Positions 42,322 through 51,828 of a DNA stretch of 64,000 nucleotides are shown here, piece by piece. Source of the DNA: Vicinamibacteria bacterium (GTDB taxonomy: Bacteria; Acidobacteriota; Vicinamibacteria; Marinacidobacterales; Marinacidobacteraceae); the NCBI GenBank assembly GCA_963555995.3, contig OY821641.1:2080001-2144000 (forward strand). Reading direction: 5' to 3'. The notes beneath the pieces were generated by a model. It did not search any database and was not told the DNA's origin. It was given only the letters and a program-made list of their open reading frames with translations. Position 1 is the stretch's first letter. Each line of letters starts with the position of its first letter. The position numbers and the translations under genes were made by a program.

Positions 42322-43527
42322 ATGGCGCTCCTCCCGGTCCTCGGGATCGCGGTCCTGATCGGGATCGCCTGGGCCATCTCGACCGACCGGCGCCGCTTCC
42401 CCTGGCGAGTGGTCGCCTGGTCGCTCGCGCTCCAGACGGCCTTCGCACTCCTGGTCCTCAAGAGCGCGGCCGGGGCCGCCGTCCTTGCCGCGGTCGCGGA
42501 CGGGGTGGACCTGGCCCTCCAGCAGGCGAACGCCGGAATCGAACTGCTGTTCGGGCCGCTCGCCGACCGCGAGCGCTTCGGGGTGATCCTGGCGATCTCG
42601 GCCCTCCCCTCGATCGTGTACGTCGCCTCCGTGTTCTCGGTCCTCTACTACCTGGGCATCCTGCAGCTCGCAGTCGTCGGCATGGCCAAGGTGATGGTGC
42701 GCACCTTCGGGACCAGCGGCGCCGAGACGCTGGCGGCGGCCGGGAACGTCTTCATGGGCCAGACGGAGGCGCCCCTGCTGGTGGCCCCCTACCTGGAGCG
42801 CATGACCCGCTCGGAGCTGCACGCGGTCATGGTCTCGGGAATGGCCACCGTCTCCGGCGGGATGCTCGCCGCCTACATCGCGCTGGGGGTGGACGCCCGC
42901 TTCCTGCTGGCGGCGAGCCTGGTGAACGCTCCGGCGGCGCTCATGATGGCCAAGATCATCGTTCCCGAGACCGCGAAGCCCGAGACCGCCGGGCGCGTGG
43001 AGTACCGGGTCGAGCGTTCCGAGGTGAACCTCATTGATGCGGCGGCGACGGGCGCCTCCGCCGGCATGAAGCTGGTGCTGAACGTGGTGGCGATGCTGAT
43101 CGCCTTCCTGAGCATCGTGGCGCTCATCAACCTGCCGCTCGGCGCGGTCGGGCTGTCGCTCTCGGACATTCTGGGATGGGTGTTCGCCCCCATCGCCTTC
43201 CTGGTCGGGGTGCCGGCCGGCGAAGTGAGCACCGTCGCCGCCATGCTCGGCAAGAAGGTGATCCTCAACGAGTTCGTGGCCTACCTCGACCTGGCGGCGC
43301 TCAGGACCGCCGGCGCGCTCTCGGCGAAGAGCGAGGTCATCGCGACCTTCGCGCTCTGCGGGTTCGCGAATCTCAGCTCGATCGGCATCCAGATCGGCGG
43401 CATCGGGGCGGTCGCTCCCGGCCGCAAGAAGGATCTCGCCCGGCTGGGGCTGCGAGCCCTCGCCGGGGGAACGCTCGCGACGCTGGTCACCGCGGCGATC
43501 GCCGGGATGCTCGCGGGGACGGCATGA
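42322..43527 (+). CDS. nupC: CNT-family (NupC) nucleoside:cation symporter
   Basis: NVFMGQTEAPL, GMATVSG, LNEFVAY and FALCGFANLSSIGI motifs. Confidence 0.94.
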   Translation: MALLPVLGIAVLIGIAWAISTDRRRFPWRVVAWSLALQTAFALLVLKSAAGAAVLAAVADGVDLALQQANAGIELLFGPLADRERFGVILAISALPSIVYVASVFSVLYYLGILQLAVVGMAKVMVRTFGTSGAETLAAAGNVFMGQTEAPLLVAPYLERMTRSELHAVMVSGMATVSGGMLAAYIALGVDARFLLAASLVNAPAALMMAKIIVPETAKPETAGRVEYRVERSEVNLIDAAATGASAGMKLVLNVVAMLIAFLSIVALINLPLGAVGLSLSDILGWVFAPIAFLVGVPAGEVSTVAAMLGKKVILNEFVAYLDLAALRTAGALSAKSEVIATFALCGFANLSSIGIQIGGIGAVAPGRKKDLARLGLRALAGGTLATLVTAAIAGMLAGTA

Positions 43528-44405
43528 AGACCGAAACGGCGGCCCTGCTCCGGGAAGCGGCCGGCGCCGTCCGGCAGTGGTTCGGGGACGGACGGCGCTT
43601 TCCTGACGTCGGGGTCGTCCTCGGTTCCGGGCTCGCCGGAGCGGCGGACGCGGTCTCGGACGCCCGCTCGCTGCCCTACGGGGAGATCCCCGGAATCCCG
43701 GAATGTTCGGCGCCGGGTCACCGCAGCCGGCTGGTGGTCGGCGAACTGGCCGGCGATTCGGAAACGCCGCTGGGGGTCGCCATGCTGCTCGGCCGGCATC
43801 ATCTCTACGAGGGTTGGACGCCGGGGGAGGCAGTCTTCGGGGTGCGGCTCCTCGCGTCCCTCGGGGTGCGGCGCCTGGTGCTGACCGCGGCGGTGGGGGC
43901 CATCCACCCCGAACTCCGGGTCGGGGACTTCCTGCGGATCGCCGACCACCTCAATCTGACCGGAGCGAGTCCGCTCGAAGGCCCGGAACACGGACCCGAA
44001 CCGCGGTTCCCCGACATGACGCGGGCCTGGGACGAGGAACTGGGCGCCGCGCTGATGCGGGCGGCCGGGCGGCTCGGGATGCCTCTCAGGTCCGGGGTCT
44101 ACGCCGGGGTGCGGGGTCCCCAGTTCGAGACCCCGGCCGAGATCCGCATGCTGCGGACGCTGGGGGCCGACGTGGTGGGCATGTCCGTCGTGCACGAGGC
44201 CATCGCCGCCCGGCACCTCGGGGTCCGGCTGGCCGGACTGGCCTTCGCCTCGAACCTCGCCGCCGGGATCGGGGAAGGCCCGCTCGACGCGGCGCACGTG
44301 AACGAGGCCGCCGCGCGGGCGGCTCCGGACTTGGTGCGGCTGCTCGGCGCGGCGACAAGCGAGCCGGTCTGGAGACCGGCGTTCCCTCAGAGCGCGCCGA
44401 TGTAG
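43524..44405 (+). CDS. punA: purine nucleoside phosphorylase (trimeric type)
   Basis: VLGSGL, GRHHLYEG, GPQFETPAE, GADVVGMS and SNLAAG motifs. Confidence 0.92.
   Translation: MKTETAALLREAAGAVRQWFGDGRRFPDVGVVLGSGLAGAADAVSDARSLPYGEIPGIPECSAPGHRSRLVVGELAGDSETPLGVAMLLGRHHLYEGWTPGEAVFGVRLLASLGVRRLVLTAAVGAIHPELRVGDFLRIADHLNLTGASPLEGPEHGPEPRFPDMTRAWDEELGAALMRAAGRLGMPLRSGVYAGVRGPQFETPAEIRMLRTLGADVVGMSVVHEAIAARHLGVRLAGLAFASNLAAGIGEGPLDAAHVNEAAARAAPDLVRLLGAATSEPVWRPAFPQSAPM
44361..44386. repeat. type C REP inside the punA 3' end
   Basis: GAGCCGGTCTGGAGACCGGCGTTCCC. Confidence 0.8.
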
Positions 44406-44929
44406 GGGAGGTGGCGGTAGCGGCCGGCGTAGTCGAGGCCGTAGCCGACGAGGAACCTGTCGGGCACGATGAATCCGGTGAAGTCCGCCTCGATGTCCAC
44501 CCTGCGGCGGGACGGTTTGGAGAGCAACGCGGATGTGCAGAGCGAGCGGGGCGCCGCCGACTTCACCGCCCGGAGGAGGGCTTCGAGCGCGGTCCCCGTG
44601 TCCACGATGTCCTCCACGATCATGACGTCGCGGTCGGTGAGGGTCTCCGGGTGGTACAGCTCGACCGCCGGCGTGCCGGGCTCGGTGCCGTCCCCGTAGG
44701 AGGCCACCCGGCAGAAGTCCACCGTCACCTCGATTCCGCGAGCGTGGAGTTCGCGCGCCAGGTCGGCGGCGAACACGAAGGCGCCGCGCAGCACCACCAG
44801 CAGGTGCAGCTTCCGGTCGGTGTGCGCCGCCGCGATCTCCTCGGCCAGGGACTTCACCCGGGCGGCGATGGCGTCCGCCGAGAGGACCTCGGGCGGACTC
44901 GCCGCCGCCTCGCCTTCGGGGGGAGTCAA
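44387..44929 (-). CDS. hpt: hypoxanthine phosphoribosyltransferase
   Basis: VLRGAFVF, VEDIVDTG and FLVGYGLDY..YRHLPYI motifs. Confidence 0.95.
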   Translation of the reverse strand: MTPPEGEAAASPPEVLSADAIAARVKSLAEEIAAAHTDRKLHLLVVLRGAFVFAADLARELHARGIEVTVDFCRVASYGDGTEPGTPAVELYHPETLTDRDVMIVEDIVDTGTALEALLRAVKSAAPRSLCTSALLSKPSRRRVDIEADFTGFIVPDRFLVGYGLDYAGRYRHLPYIGAL

Positions 44930-44945
44930 TGCCCGTGGAGGGGAG

Positions 44946-45896
44946 TCACCCGGTCGGGAACAGGCCGAAGGTGACGCTGATGACCCCGATCGCCTCGACC
45001 GGCTTGCCGTCCTTGAGCGCCGGCTTCCAGCGGTAGAGCAACGCGTGCTGGCGCGCCGTCTCGACGCAGACCCGGCAGCCGGACTTGATGACCCCCAGCA
45101 CCTGGGTGGTTCCGTCCAGCCGGACGAGCACCTGGAGCATCACCTCGCCGGTGATCTTGCGGCGGCGCGCCGACTCGGGATACGGCGGCTCCGGCGGTTC
45201 GTAGAGGAGAGTCGGCTCCACGTCGTAACCGCCCGGGCGGTAGGCGCCGCCGCCCGATCCCCCTCCGTAGCCGGGGCCGACCCCCCATCCCTGCCCTTCG
45301 CCGGTGCCGATGCCCTCGCCGCCGCCGATGCCGCCGCCGGTCCCGGCGCTGGGCGCGGTGTCCCGGCCCCCGTAGTCGCCGAAGTCGTCGAGCGAGAGCC
45401 CGGGGAAGTCCTGCGCCTGCGGTGAGAACACCCCGCCGAGCACGATGTCCGTCAGGTCCGGCTCGTCGGCGAGGTTCTCGAGGTCCTCGAACCGGAGCGG
45501 ACGCGGCTTGCGCGGAGCGATGGGCGCCTCGCGCGGGGTCTCGGGTTCGGGCTGCGGCGTGGCCTGCTCCACCCGCACCGGGATGTAGGCGCTGATGCGC
45601 TCGCCGCGGCTGCCCCCGCCTCCGCCCCCGCCCCCGGCGCCTTCGCCGCCGGCCACCCGGAACTGGAAGATGGGATTCCCCAGCATCCGCTCGTCCGAGC
45701 CGTCGAAGATCCCGAATCCGGGGAAAAACAGCAGCGCGGCGAGCGCCAGATGCAGGGCGGCCGAGGCGAGCGCCGACTTCTGCTTCCAGATCGGGACCGA
45801 GGAACCGTACGCCGCTCCGCCCGAGGCGAGGCCGGCCAGCCAACCTGCCGAGCGGCGCACCGGTGCCGCCGCTCCGGTGCCTCTCGCGGTTTCCAT
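44946..45896 (-). CDS. energy transducer TonB
   Basis: SAALH TM, Gly-rich GIG.G.G.G tract, EPPYPESARRRKITGEV and WKPA..G.PV motifs. Confidence 0.88.
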   Translation of the reverse strand: METARGTGAAAPVRRSAGWLAGLASGGAAYGSSVPIWKQKSALASAALHLALAALLFFPGFGIFDGSDERMLGNPIFQFRVAGGEGAGGGGGGGGSRGERISAYIPVRVEQATPQPEPETPREAPIAPRKPRPLRFEDLENLADEPDLTDIVLGGVFSPQAQDFPGLSLDDFGDYGGRDTAPSAGTGGGIGGGEGIGTGEGQGWGVGPGYGGGSGGGAYRPGGYDVEPTLLYEPPEPPYPESARRRKITGEVMLQVLVRLDGTTQVLGVIKSGCRVCVETARQHALLYRWKPALKDGKPVEAIGVISVTFGLFPTG

Positions 45897-45970
45897 GGCG
45901 CCCTCTCCGCCTCCTTCCTCACCCCAACCCATCTATGCTAGCAGCCGGTGTGCGCGGCCGGGTGAGACCG

Positions 45971-46696
45971 ATGTTCCTTGATCTGCCGGAAGGACCGAAG
46001 CAGTTGTTCGCGGCCGTCGAACCGGTGTTCAGCGAGTTCTTCACCCCGGAGGGCTACCGCATCGGCGGCGGCACCGTCCTGGCCGGCCGGTGGGGACACC
46101 GCCACTCGACGGACGTGGACCTCTTCGCCGAGCCAACGTGGTACCAGGAGGTGGTGGACCGCCGCGGCGAGGAACTCGAACGGGCGCTCCTTGAACGCGC
46201 GCCCGGCGTGGACCCGGAGCGAAGCTGGGTCGAGCCCCAGCACATCTACCTCGCCGTCGGCGACAGCGAGGTGACCATGTTGCCCGCGGTTCGGATCCAC
46301 CGAACGCCGGAAGAGCCCGTCCGGATACGGAACACGCGCGTCGCTGCGGAGAGCGTCGAGGAGATCCTGGGCAAGAAGCTGCGCCTCCGCATGATCGGGG
46401 AGGGTGCCTACCTCATCCGCGACCTGTACGACATCGCAGCGGCGGAGATCGAGGATCCCGACGCGGTCCGACGAGCGCTGGCGGCGGAACCACCGAGGCG
46501 TCTCCAGCAGCTCGCGCAGGAGCTACGGTCCCTCGGGGCCTTCGAGGGCGAACTGATCCGTCCCGCGTTTCCGTGGACTCATTCCCGGATTCAGCGAGCG
46601 GTGATCCGGTTGTGTGAGGAGGCCGCGGCCCGGCACGCTACGCCGAAGGCCGGCGCCGGGGGCGAACGGCCGGGAGAACCGGAGGCGCAGGAATGA
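45971..46696 (+). CDS. AbiEii/AbiGii-family nucleotidyltransferase toxin (type IV TA-like)
   Basis: GGGTVLAGRWGHRHSTDVDLF polymerase-beta-like motif, KK...RDLYD. Confidence 0.88.
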   Translation: MFLDLPEGPKQLFAAVEPVFSEFFTPEGYRIGGGTVLAGRWGHRHSTDVDLFAEPTWYQEVVDRRGEELERALLERAPGVDPERSWVEPQHIYLAVGDSEVTMLPAVRIHRTPEEPVRIRNTRVAAESVEEILGKKLRLRMIGEGAYLIRDLYDIAAAEIEDPDAVRRALAAEPPRRLQQLAQELRSLGAFEGELIRPAFPWTHSRIQRAVIRLCEEAAARHATPKAGAGGERPGEPEAQE

Positions 46697-47124
46697 AGTT
46701 CGACAATCCGCGGATGCGCTCGGCAGTGGATCTCGCGGTTCAGGAGCGTTTCGACCGCGAGGTCCTGCGCAAACCGTTCCACTCGAGCGCCGGGCGGGTG
46801 GACTACCTGAGAAGCCTGCTCGGACGCCACTTTGCCGGCCACGCCGACCGGCCGACTCCCGCGGCGCTCCGCCGCGCCCTGCGCGCCGACCGGCCCGACC
46901 GGACGCAGCGCGGCATCCTGTACACCCTCTTCGGCGGCATGCGTTTCCTGGAGTTCCGCGATCTCGTCCACATGGGTGGGCTCCCCATCTACGACCTCGC
47001 GCGGGCGCTCCGACACTCCGGCGCCCGGCCAGTCACGGTGATCCGCTGGCTCAATCAGTTCGCGTCGCCGGACCATCCACGGAGCGCTGACCGCCGAGGA
47101 CCTCGTCGGTGTGTTCGCCCCTGA
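46693..47124 (+). CDS. hypothetical protein coupled to the AbiEii gene (candidate antitoxin)
   Basis: ATGA overlap, GGAGG SD, GC3-rich codons, helical basic protein. Confidence 0.7.
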   Translation: MKFDNPRMRSAVDLAVQERFDREVLRKPFHSSAGRVDYLRSLLGRHFAGHADRPTPAALRRALRADRPDRTQRGILYTLFGGMRFLEFRDLVHMGGLPIYDLARALRHSGARPVTVIRWLNQFASPDHPRSADRRGPRRCVRP

Positions 47125-48235
47125 GCGGCGGGGGGAGGGTCGCGGTGTGGTTCTCCCCGTCGAACTGGATCGGGCTTCCGACCAGGCGGAGCGACCCGAT
47201 GGCGGGATGCTCGCGGTCCACCACCATGCCCCGCGCCCTGAGCTGGGGGCTGTTCAGGATCTCGGCGACGCTCCGCACCCGCCCGACCGGGATTCCCGCC
47301 TCGTCCAGCACCCGCTCCCACGCGGCGACTCCCCGGGATCGGAAGACCGCCTCCAGCAGGCCGCGCAGTTCCGGCCGGCGGCGAACCCGGTCCGGGTTCT
47401 TCTCGAACTCGGGACGGTCCAGCTCGGGCGCGGCCACCTCGCAAAAGCGTTTCCAGAGCGCGTCGTTGCCGACCGCCACGATGACGTGTCCGTCGGCGGC
47501 TTCGAAGCTCTCGTAGGGCGTGAGGGAGGGATGGTTGTTGCCGCTGCGGACCGGCTCCTCCCCCGTCAGCAGGTAGCCCTGGGCCTGGTAGCAGAGCGTC
47601 GCCACCACCGAGTCGAAGAGCGCCACGTCCACCCGCCGGCCGCGGCCGTCCCGCTCGCGCGCGAAGAGCGCCGCGAGGATCCCGGAACTGGCCATCATCC
47701 CGGCGCAGATGTCGGCGAGCGAGGCCCCGAGCTTGGTGGGCGGCCCCTCCGGGGGACCGGTGAGACCCATCCAGCCGGCCTCGCCCTGCATGACGGCGTC
47801 GTAGCCGGGTTTCGACGAGAGCGGCCCGTACTGTCCGTAGGCGGAGACCGAGCACCAGATGAGCCGGGGATGGCGGCGCTGCACGTCCTCCGGAGCGAAC
47901 CCCAGCCGCGCCATGGTCCCGGGCCGGAAGTTCTCGACGAGCGCGTCGCTGGCCGCGATGAGCCGGGCGAGTGCGGCGGAGCCCTCCTCCGTCTTGAGGT
48001 TCAGGACGACGCTCTTCTTGCCGCGGTTGACCGCGAGGAAGTAGGCGGCCTCGCCGCCGCCGAAGGGAGGGCCCCAGGTGCGGGTGTCGTCCCCGCCCGG
48101 CGGCTCGATCTTGATCACCTCGGCGCCGAGGTCGGCCAGCATCATGGTGGCGTAGGGCCCGGCGAGGATGCGGGAGAGATCCAGGATCCGGACTCCCGCG
48201 AGCGGGGATCCCCGGCCGGCCGCGCCGGTGCTCAA
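47051..48235 (-). CDS. CaiB/BaiF family III CoA-transferase
   Basis: LAGVRILDLSRILAGP, NRGKKS, ENFRPG and GYDAVMQ motifs; TTG overlaps the upstream stop. Confidence 0.93.
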   Translation of the reverse strand: MSTGAAGRGSPLAGVRILDLSRILAGPYATMMLADLGAEVIKIEPPGGDDTRTWGPPFGGGEAAYFLAVNRGKKSVVLNLKTEEGSAALARLIAASDALVENFRPGTMARLGFAPEDVQRRHPRLIWCSVSAYGQYGPLSSKPGYDAVMQGEAGWMGLTGPPEGPPTKLGASLADICAGMMASSGILAALFARERDGRGRRVDVALFDSVVATLCYQAQGYLLTGEEPVRSGNNHPSLTPYESFEAADGHVIVAVGNDALWKRFCEVAAPELDRPEFEKNPDRVRRRPELRGLLEAVFRSRGVAAWERVLDEAGIPVGRVRSVAEILNSPQLRARGMVVDREHPAIGSLRLVGSPIQFDGENHTATLPPPLRGEHTDEVLGGQRSVDGPATRTD

Positions 48236-49530
48236 CGCAGCGCCGCCTCGGTCGCCGTCAGCGCCCGGTCGAGCAGGACCAGCGCCCCCTCGATGTCGGA
48301 CCGGCCGATGTTGAGCGGCGGCGAGATGCGGACGCAGTTGCCGTAGAGCCCGCCCTTCCCGATGAGCAGCCCCTCGTCCCGCGCCTTCTGGAGGAGGCAG
48401 GTGGTGAAGGCGGCGTCCGGCGCCTTCGTTCCGCGGTCCTCCACGAACTCGAGCGCCTGCATCAGCCCCTTCCCGCGGATGTCCCCGATCGCGGGGTGGG
48501 CGTCGGCGAGTGCCTCGAGTCCGGCCCGCAGGTGGGCGCCCATGCGCTCGGCGTTCCCGGCGAGGTCGTCGCGCTCGACCACCTCGAGGACCGCGCCGGC
48601 CGCCGCCATGCTCACCGGGTTCCCCCCGAACGTGGAGAGGGTGTTGCCCCGGAACGCATCCGCGACCTCGTCCGTCGCGACCGTGGCGCCCACCGGCACC
48701 CCGTTCCCGAGCCCCTTGGCGTAGGTGACGATGTCGGGCTCCACGTCCCAGTGGGCGATGCCGTTGAGTTGCCCGCCGGTGCGCCCCCACCCGGTCTGCA
48801 CCTCGTCGCAGATGAAGACCCCGCCGTAGCGCCGCACGATCTCCACCGCGACCTCGAAGTAGCCGGGCGGCGGGGTGATGAACCCGCCCACGCCCTGAAT
48901 CGGTTCGGCGATGAACCCCGCGATCCGGCCCGAGGTGGTGGTCCGGATCACGTCCTCGATGTCGCGGGCGCAGCGCAGGTCGCAGGAGGGATATTCGAGG
49001 CCGAAAGGACACCGGTAGCAGTAGGCGTTCGCCACGTGGCGGATCCCGGCCGCGGTACTCGCGCCGAGTCGCCACGGCGCCTGCCCGGTCGCGCCCATGG
49101 TCAGCCGGCTGCGGCCGCTGTAACCGTGGCGGAGGGCGATCACCTCGGAGTTGCCGGTGTGCAACTCGGCGATCAGGAGGGCCATCTCGTTGGCCTCGGT
49201 GCCCGAGTTGGTGAAGAAGCTCTTCCGGCAGGTCCCCGGCGACAGGCGGGCGAGGCGCTCGGCCAGCTCCACCATCGGCTGGTTCGGGAACATGGTGGTC
49301 ACGTGCTGGAGGGTGTCCACCTGCTCGCGGATCGCCTGGTTCACCTCCGGGTGGCAGTGGCCGAGGCCGACGGTGAGGATCCCGCCGAAGAAGTCGAGAT
49401 ACCGGTTGCCGTCCGCGTCCCAGACGTGCTGGCCCTGCCCGCGGACGATGGGCATGGGCTCGTCGTAGAACGTCTGGACCGCCGGGAGGACGTAGTCGCG
49501 GTGCGCCTCGCGGATGGCCTCGGTGGTCAT
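48232..49530 (-). CDS. class III aminotransferase (AGXT2/omega-amino-acid type)
   Basis: YLDFFGG, NSGTEANE, AEPIQGVGG, DEVQTGWGRTG, AKGLGNG and STFGGNP motifs; start could be 49677. Confidence 0.92.
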   Translation of the reverse strand: MTTEAIREAHRDYVLPAVQTFYDEPMPIVRGQGQHVWDADGNRYLDFFGGILTVGLGHCHPEVNQAIREQVDTLQHVTTMFPNQPMVELAERLARLSPGTCRKSFFTNSGTEANEMALLIAELHTGNSEVIALRHGYSGRSRLTMGATGQAPWRLGASTAAGIRHVANAYCYRCPFGLEYPSCDLRCARDIEDVIRTTTSGRIAGFIAEPIQGVGGFITPPPGYFEVAVEIVRRYGGVFICDEVQTGWGRTGGQLNGIAHWDVEPDIVTYAKGLGNGVPVGATVATDEVADAFRGNTLSTFGGNPVSMAAAGAVLEVVERDDLAGNAERMGAHLRAGLEALADAHPAIGDIRGKGLMQALEFVEDRGTKAPDAAFTTCLLQKARDEGLLIGKGGLYGNCVRISPPLNIGRSDIEGALVLLDRALTATEAALR

Positions 49531-49591
49531 GGGGAGCGGCGCAACGGGGGGCGGCTCAGCGTCGCGCGGGTTTCGCCCGCTGGCGCGGGCG

Positions 49592-49617
49592 ATGCCGGTC
49601 TCGAGACCGGCGCTCCC
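49592..49617. repeat. REP variant (perfect palindrome GCCGGTCTCGAGACCGGC)
   Basis: Flank (rc ATCGC...GCGAAACCCGCGC) matches the 41519 variant. Confidence 0.75.
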
Positions 49618-49719
49618 GGGGGGACGACAGGCGGGTGGAGTTTCCTCCTGCGACACGGACTCGCGGCGACTGCTCATCCCGTCATTCTCCCACGGACGGA
49701 CCAGGGAGCGCCGCTCTTC

Positions 49720-51810
49720 CTAGCGGAGCAGCGCGCCGTGCTGGAGTTCGCGGAGGTGGTCCCGGAGGCGGGCCGCGCGCTCGAACTCCAGGTCGCGCGC
49801 GGCCTTCTTCATCTCCTTGCGGAGGCGGGCGATCTCGCGTTCGAGAGCTTCCGGGTCCTCGGGCGGCGGTTCGAGGAGCCCCATGGCCCGGTCCCAGTCG
49901 TCTTCTTCGGCCGCCGCGGTCCCCGTCGAAACGGGCGCGAACGCCTCGGCCACGTCCTTGACCACCGTGCGGGGCACGACGCCGTGCTCCTCGTTGAACG
50001 CCTGCTGGAGCGCCCGGCGGCGGCGGGTCTCGGCGAGCGCCCGCTCCATCGAGCCCGTCTCGTGGTCCGCGTAGAGGATCGCGCGTCCGCCGGCGTTGCG
50101 GGCCGCCCGGCCGACGGTCTGGATCAGCGCCCCCTCGGAACGCAGGTACCCCTCCCGGTCGGCGTCGAGGATGGCCACCAGCGACACCTCCGGCAGATCG
50201 AGCCCCTCGCGCAGCAGGTTGATCCCGATCAGCACGTCGAACTCGCCCAGCCGCAGCGAACGCAGGAGTTGCACGCGTTCCAGCGTGTCGATGTCCGAGT
50301 GCAGGTAGCGGCAGCGCACTCCGAGCTCGTGGTAGTACTCGGAGAGGTCCTCCGCCATCCGCTTGGTCAGGGTGGTGACCAGCACCCGCTCGCCGCGCGC
50401 CACCGTCTCCCGGATCTCCCCGAGCAGGTCGTCCACCTGGTCGCCGGCGGGCCGCACCTCGACCCGGGGGTCGAGCAGCCCGGTCGGGCGGATGATCTGC
50501 TCGACCACGACGCCGCCGACGGCGTCGAGTTCGTAGGGGCCCGGGGTCGCGGAAACCGAGATCGCCTGCCCGACCCGCTCCTCCCACTCCTCGAAGGAGA
50601 GCGGCCGGTTGTCGAGCGCCGAGGGAAGGCGGAAACCGTGTTCCACCAGCGTGCGCTTCCGGGCCTGGTCGCCCGCGAACATGCCGCGGACCTGGGGATA
50701 CGTCTGGTGGCTCTCGTCCACCACGATGACGGCGTCGCGCGGCAGGTAGTCCATCAGGGTCGGCGGCGGCTCGCCCGGCGCCCGCCCGGTGAAGTGGCGC
50801 GAGTAGTTCTCGATGCCGTGGCAGTGGCCGGATTCGGCCAGCATGTCCAGATCGAAGAGCGTCCGCTGCATGAGCCGCTGCGCTTCGAGCAGCTTCCCTT
50901 CCTGGAGCAGTCTGGGATGGTGCTCGTCGAGCTCCTCCCGGATCGTGACCAGCGCCCGGGCGAGGTCCTCTTCGCGGGCCACGTAGTGGGTCCGCGGAAA
51001 GAGCGTCACGCGGTCCTCGCGGGACAGCTCGCGGCCGGTCAGGGGGTCGAAGCGGGCCAGGCGTTCGACCTCGTCGCCGAAGAGGCGCACCCGCAGACCC
51101 AGGTCCTCGTAGCCCGGCACGATCTCCACCGTGTCCCCCCGCACCCGGAACCGGCCGCGCTCGAGGGAGGCGTCGTTCCGCTCGTACTGCATCTCCACGA
51201 GCTTGCGGAGGAGCGCCTGGCGGGAGGGGAACTCGGCTCCCTCCTCGAACACCACGAGCATCCCGTAGTAGGCCTCGGGCGATCCCAGACCGTAGATGCA
51301 GGAGACGCTCGCGACGATCAGCACGTCGCGCCGCTCGAAGAGGGACCGCGTCGCCGAGAGGCGGAGCCGGTCAATCTCCTCGTTGATGGTGGCTTCCTTC
51401 TCGATGTAGGTGTCGCTCGCCGGGACGTAGGCCTCGGGCTGGTAGTAGTCGTAGTAGCTGACGAAGTACTCGACGGCGTTGTCGGGGAAGAACCCCCGGA
51501 ACTCCTGGTAGAGCTGCGCCGCCAGCGTCTTGTTGTGCGCGATGACGAGCGCCGGCCGGTTGACCGCCTCGATGACCCGCGCGACGGAATACGTCTTCCC
51601 CGAACCCGTGACCCCGAGCAGCACCTGGTTCGGGTCCCCCCGCCCCAGTCCCTCGGCGAGCTGGGCGATGGCCTGCCGCTGGTCGCCGCGCGGTTCGAAC
51701 GGGCTCACCACCCGGAACGGACGGGCGGTCTTCGCCGGCGGGAGTCCGGGACGGGCGTAGGGAGCCGCCCGTTCCGCCGCGCCGGCGAACCGGGAAGGAC
51801 CGGTCGGCAT
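49720..51810 (-). CDS. uvrB: excinuclease ABC subunit B
   Basis: [33 protein letters not shown] and FERAARLRD motifs. Confidence 0.97.
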   Translation of the reverse strand: MPTGPSRFAGAAERAAPYARPGLPPAKTARPFRVVSPFEPRGDQRQAIAQLAEGLGRGDPNQVLLGVTGSGKTYSVARVIEAVNRPALVIAHNKTLAAQLYQEFRGFFPDNAVEYFVSYYDYYQPEAYVPASDTYIEKEATINEEIDRLRLSATRSLFERRDVLIVASVSCIYGLGSPEAYYGMLVVFEEGAEFPSRQALLRKLVEMQYERNDASLERGRFRVRGDTVEIVPGYEDLGLRVRLFGDEVERLARFDPLTGRELSREDRVTLFPRTHYVAREEDLARALVTIREELDEHHPRLLQEGKLLEAQRLMQRTLFDLDMLAESGHCHGIENYSRHFTGRAPGEPPPTLMDYLPRDAVIVVDESHQTYPQVRGMFAGDQARKRTLVEHGFRLPSALDNRPLSFEEWEERVGQAISVSATPGPYELDAVGGVVVEQIIRPTGLLDPRVEVRPAGDQVDDLLGEIRETVARGERVLVTTLTKRMAEDLSEYYHELGVRCRYLHSDIDTLERVQLLRSLRLGEFDVLIGINLLREGLDLPEVSLVAILDADREGYLRSEGALIQTVGRAARNAGGRAILYADHETGSMERALAETRRRRALQQAFNEEHGVVPRTVVKDVAEAFAPVSTGTAAAEEDDWDRAMGLLEPPPEDPEALEREIARLRKEMKKAARDLEFERAARLRDHLRELQHGALLR

Positions 51811-51828
51811 CCGCCGGGAGGCGCCGGG

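Noticed and set aside
49531-49677. 49-aa N-terminal extension of the aminotransferase
   Set aside because: It spans a REP variant and is low-complexity; family-like sequence starts at MTTEAIRE. A GAGAAT box before 49677 leaves some doubt
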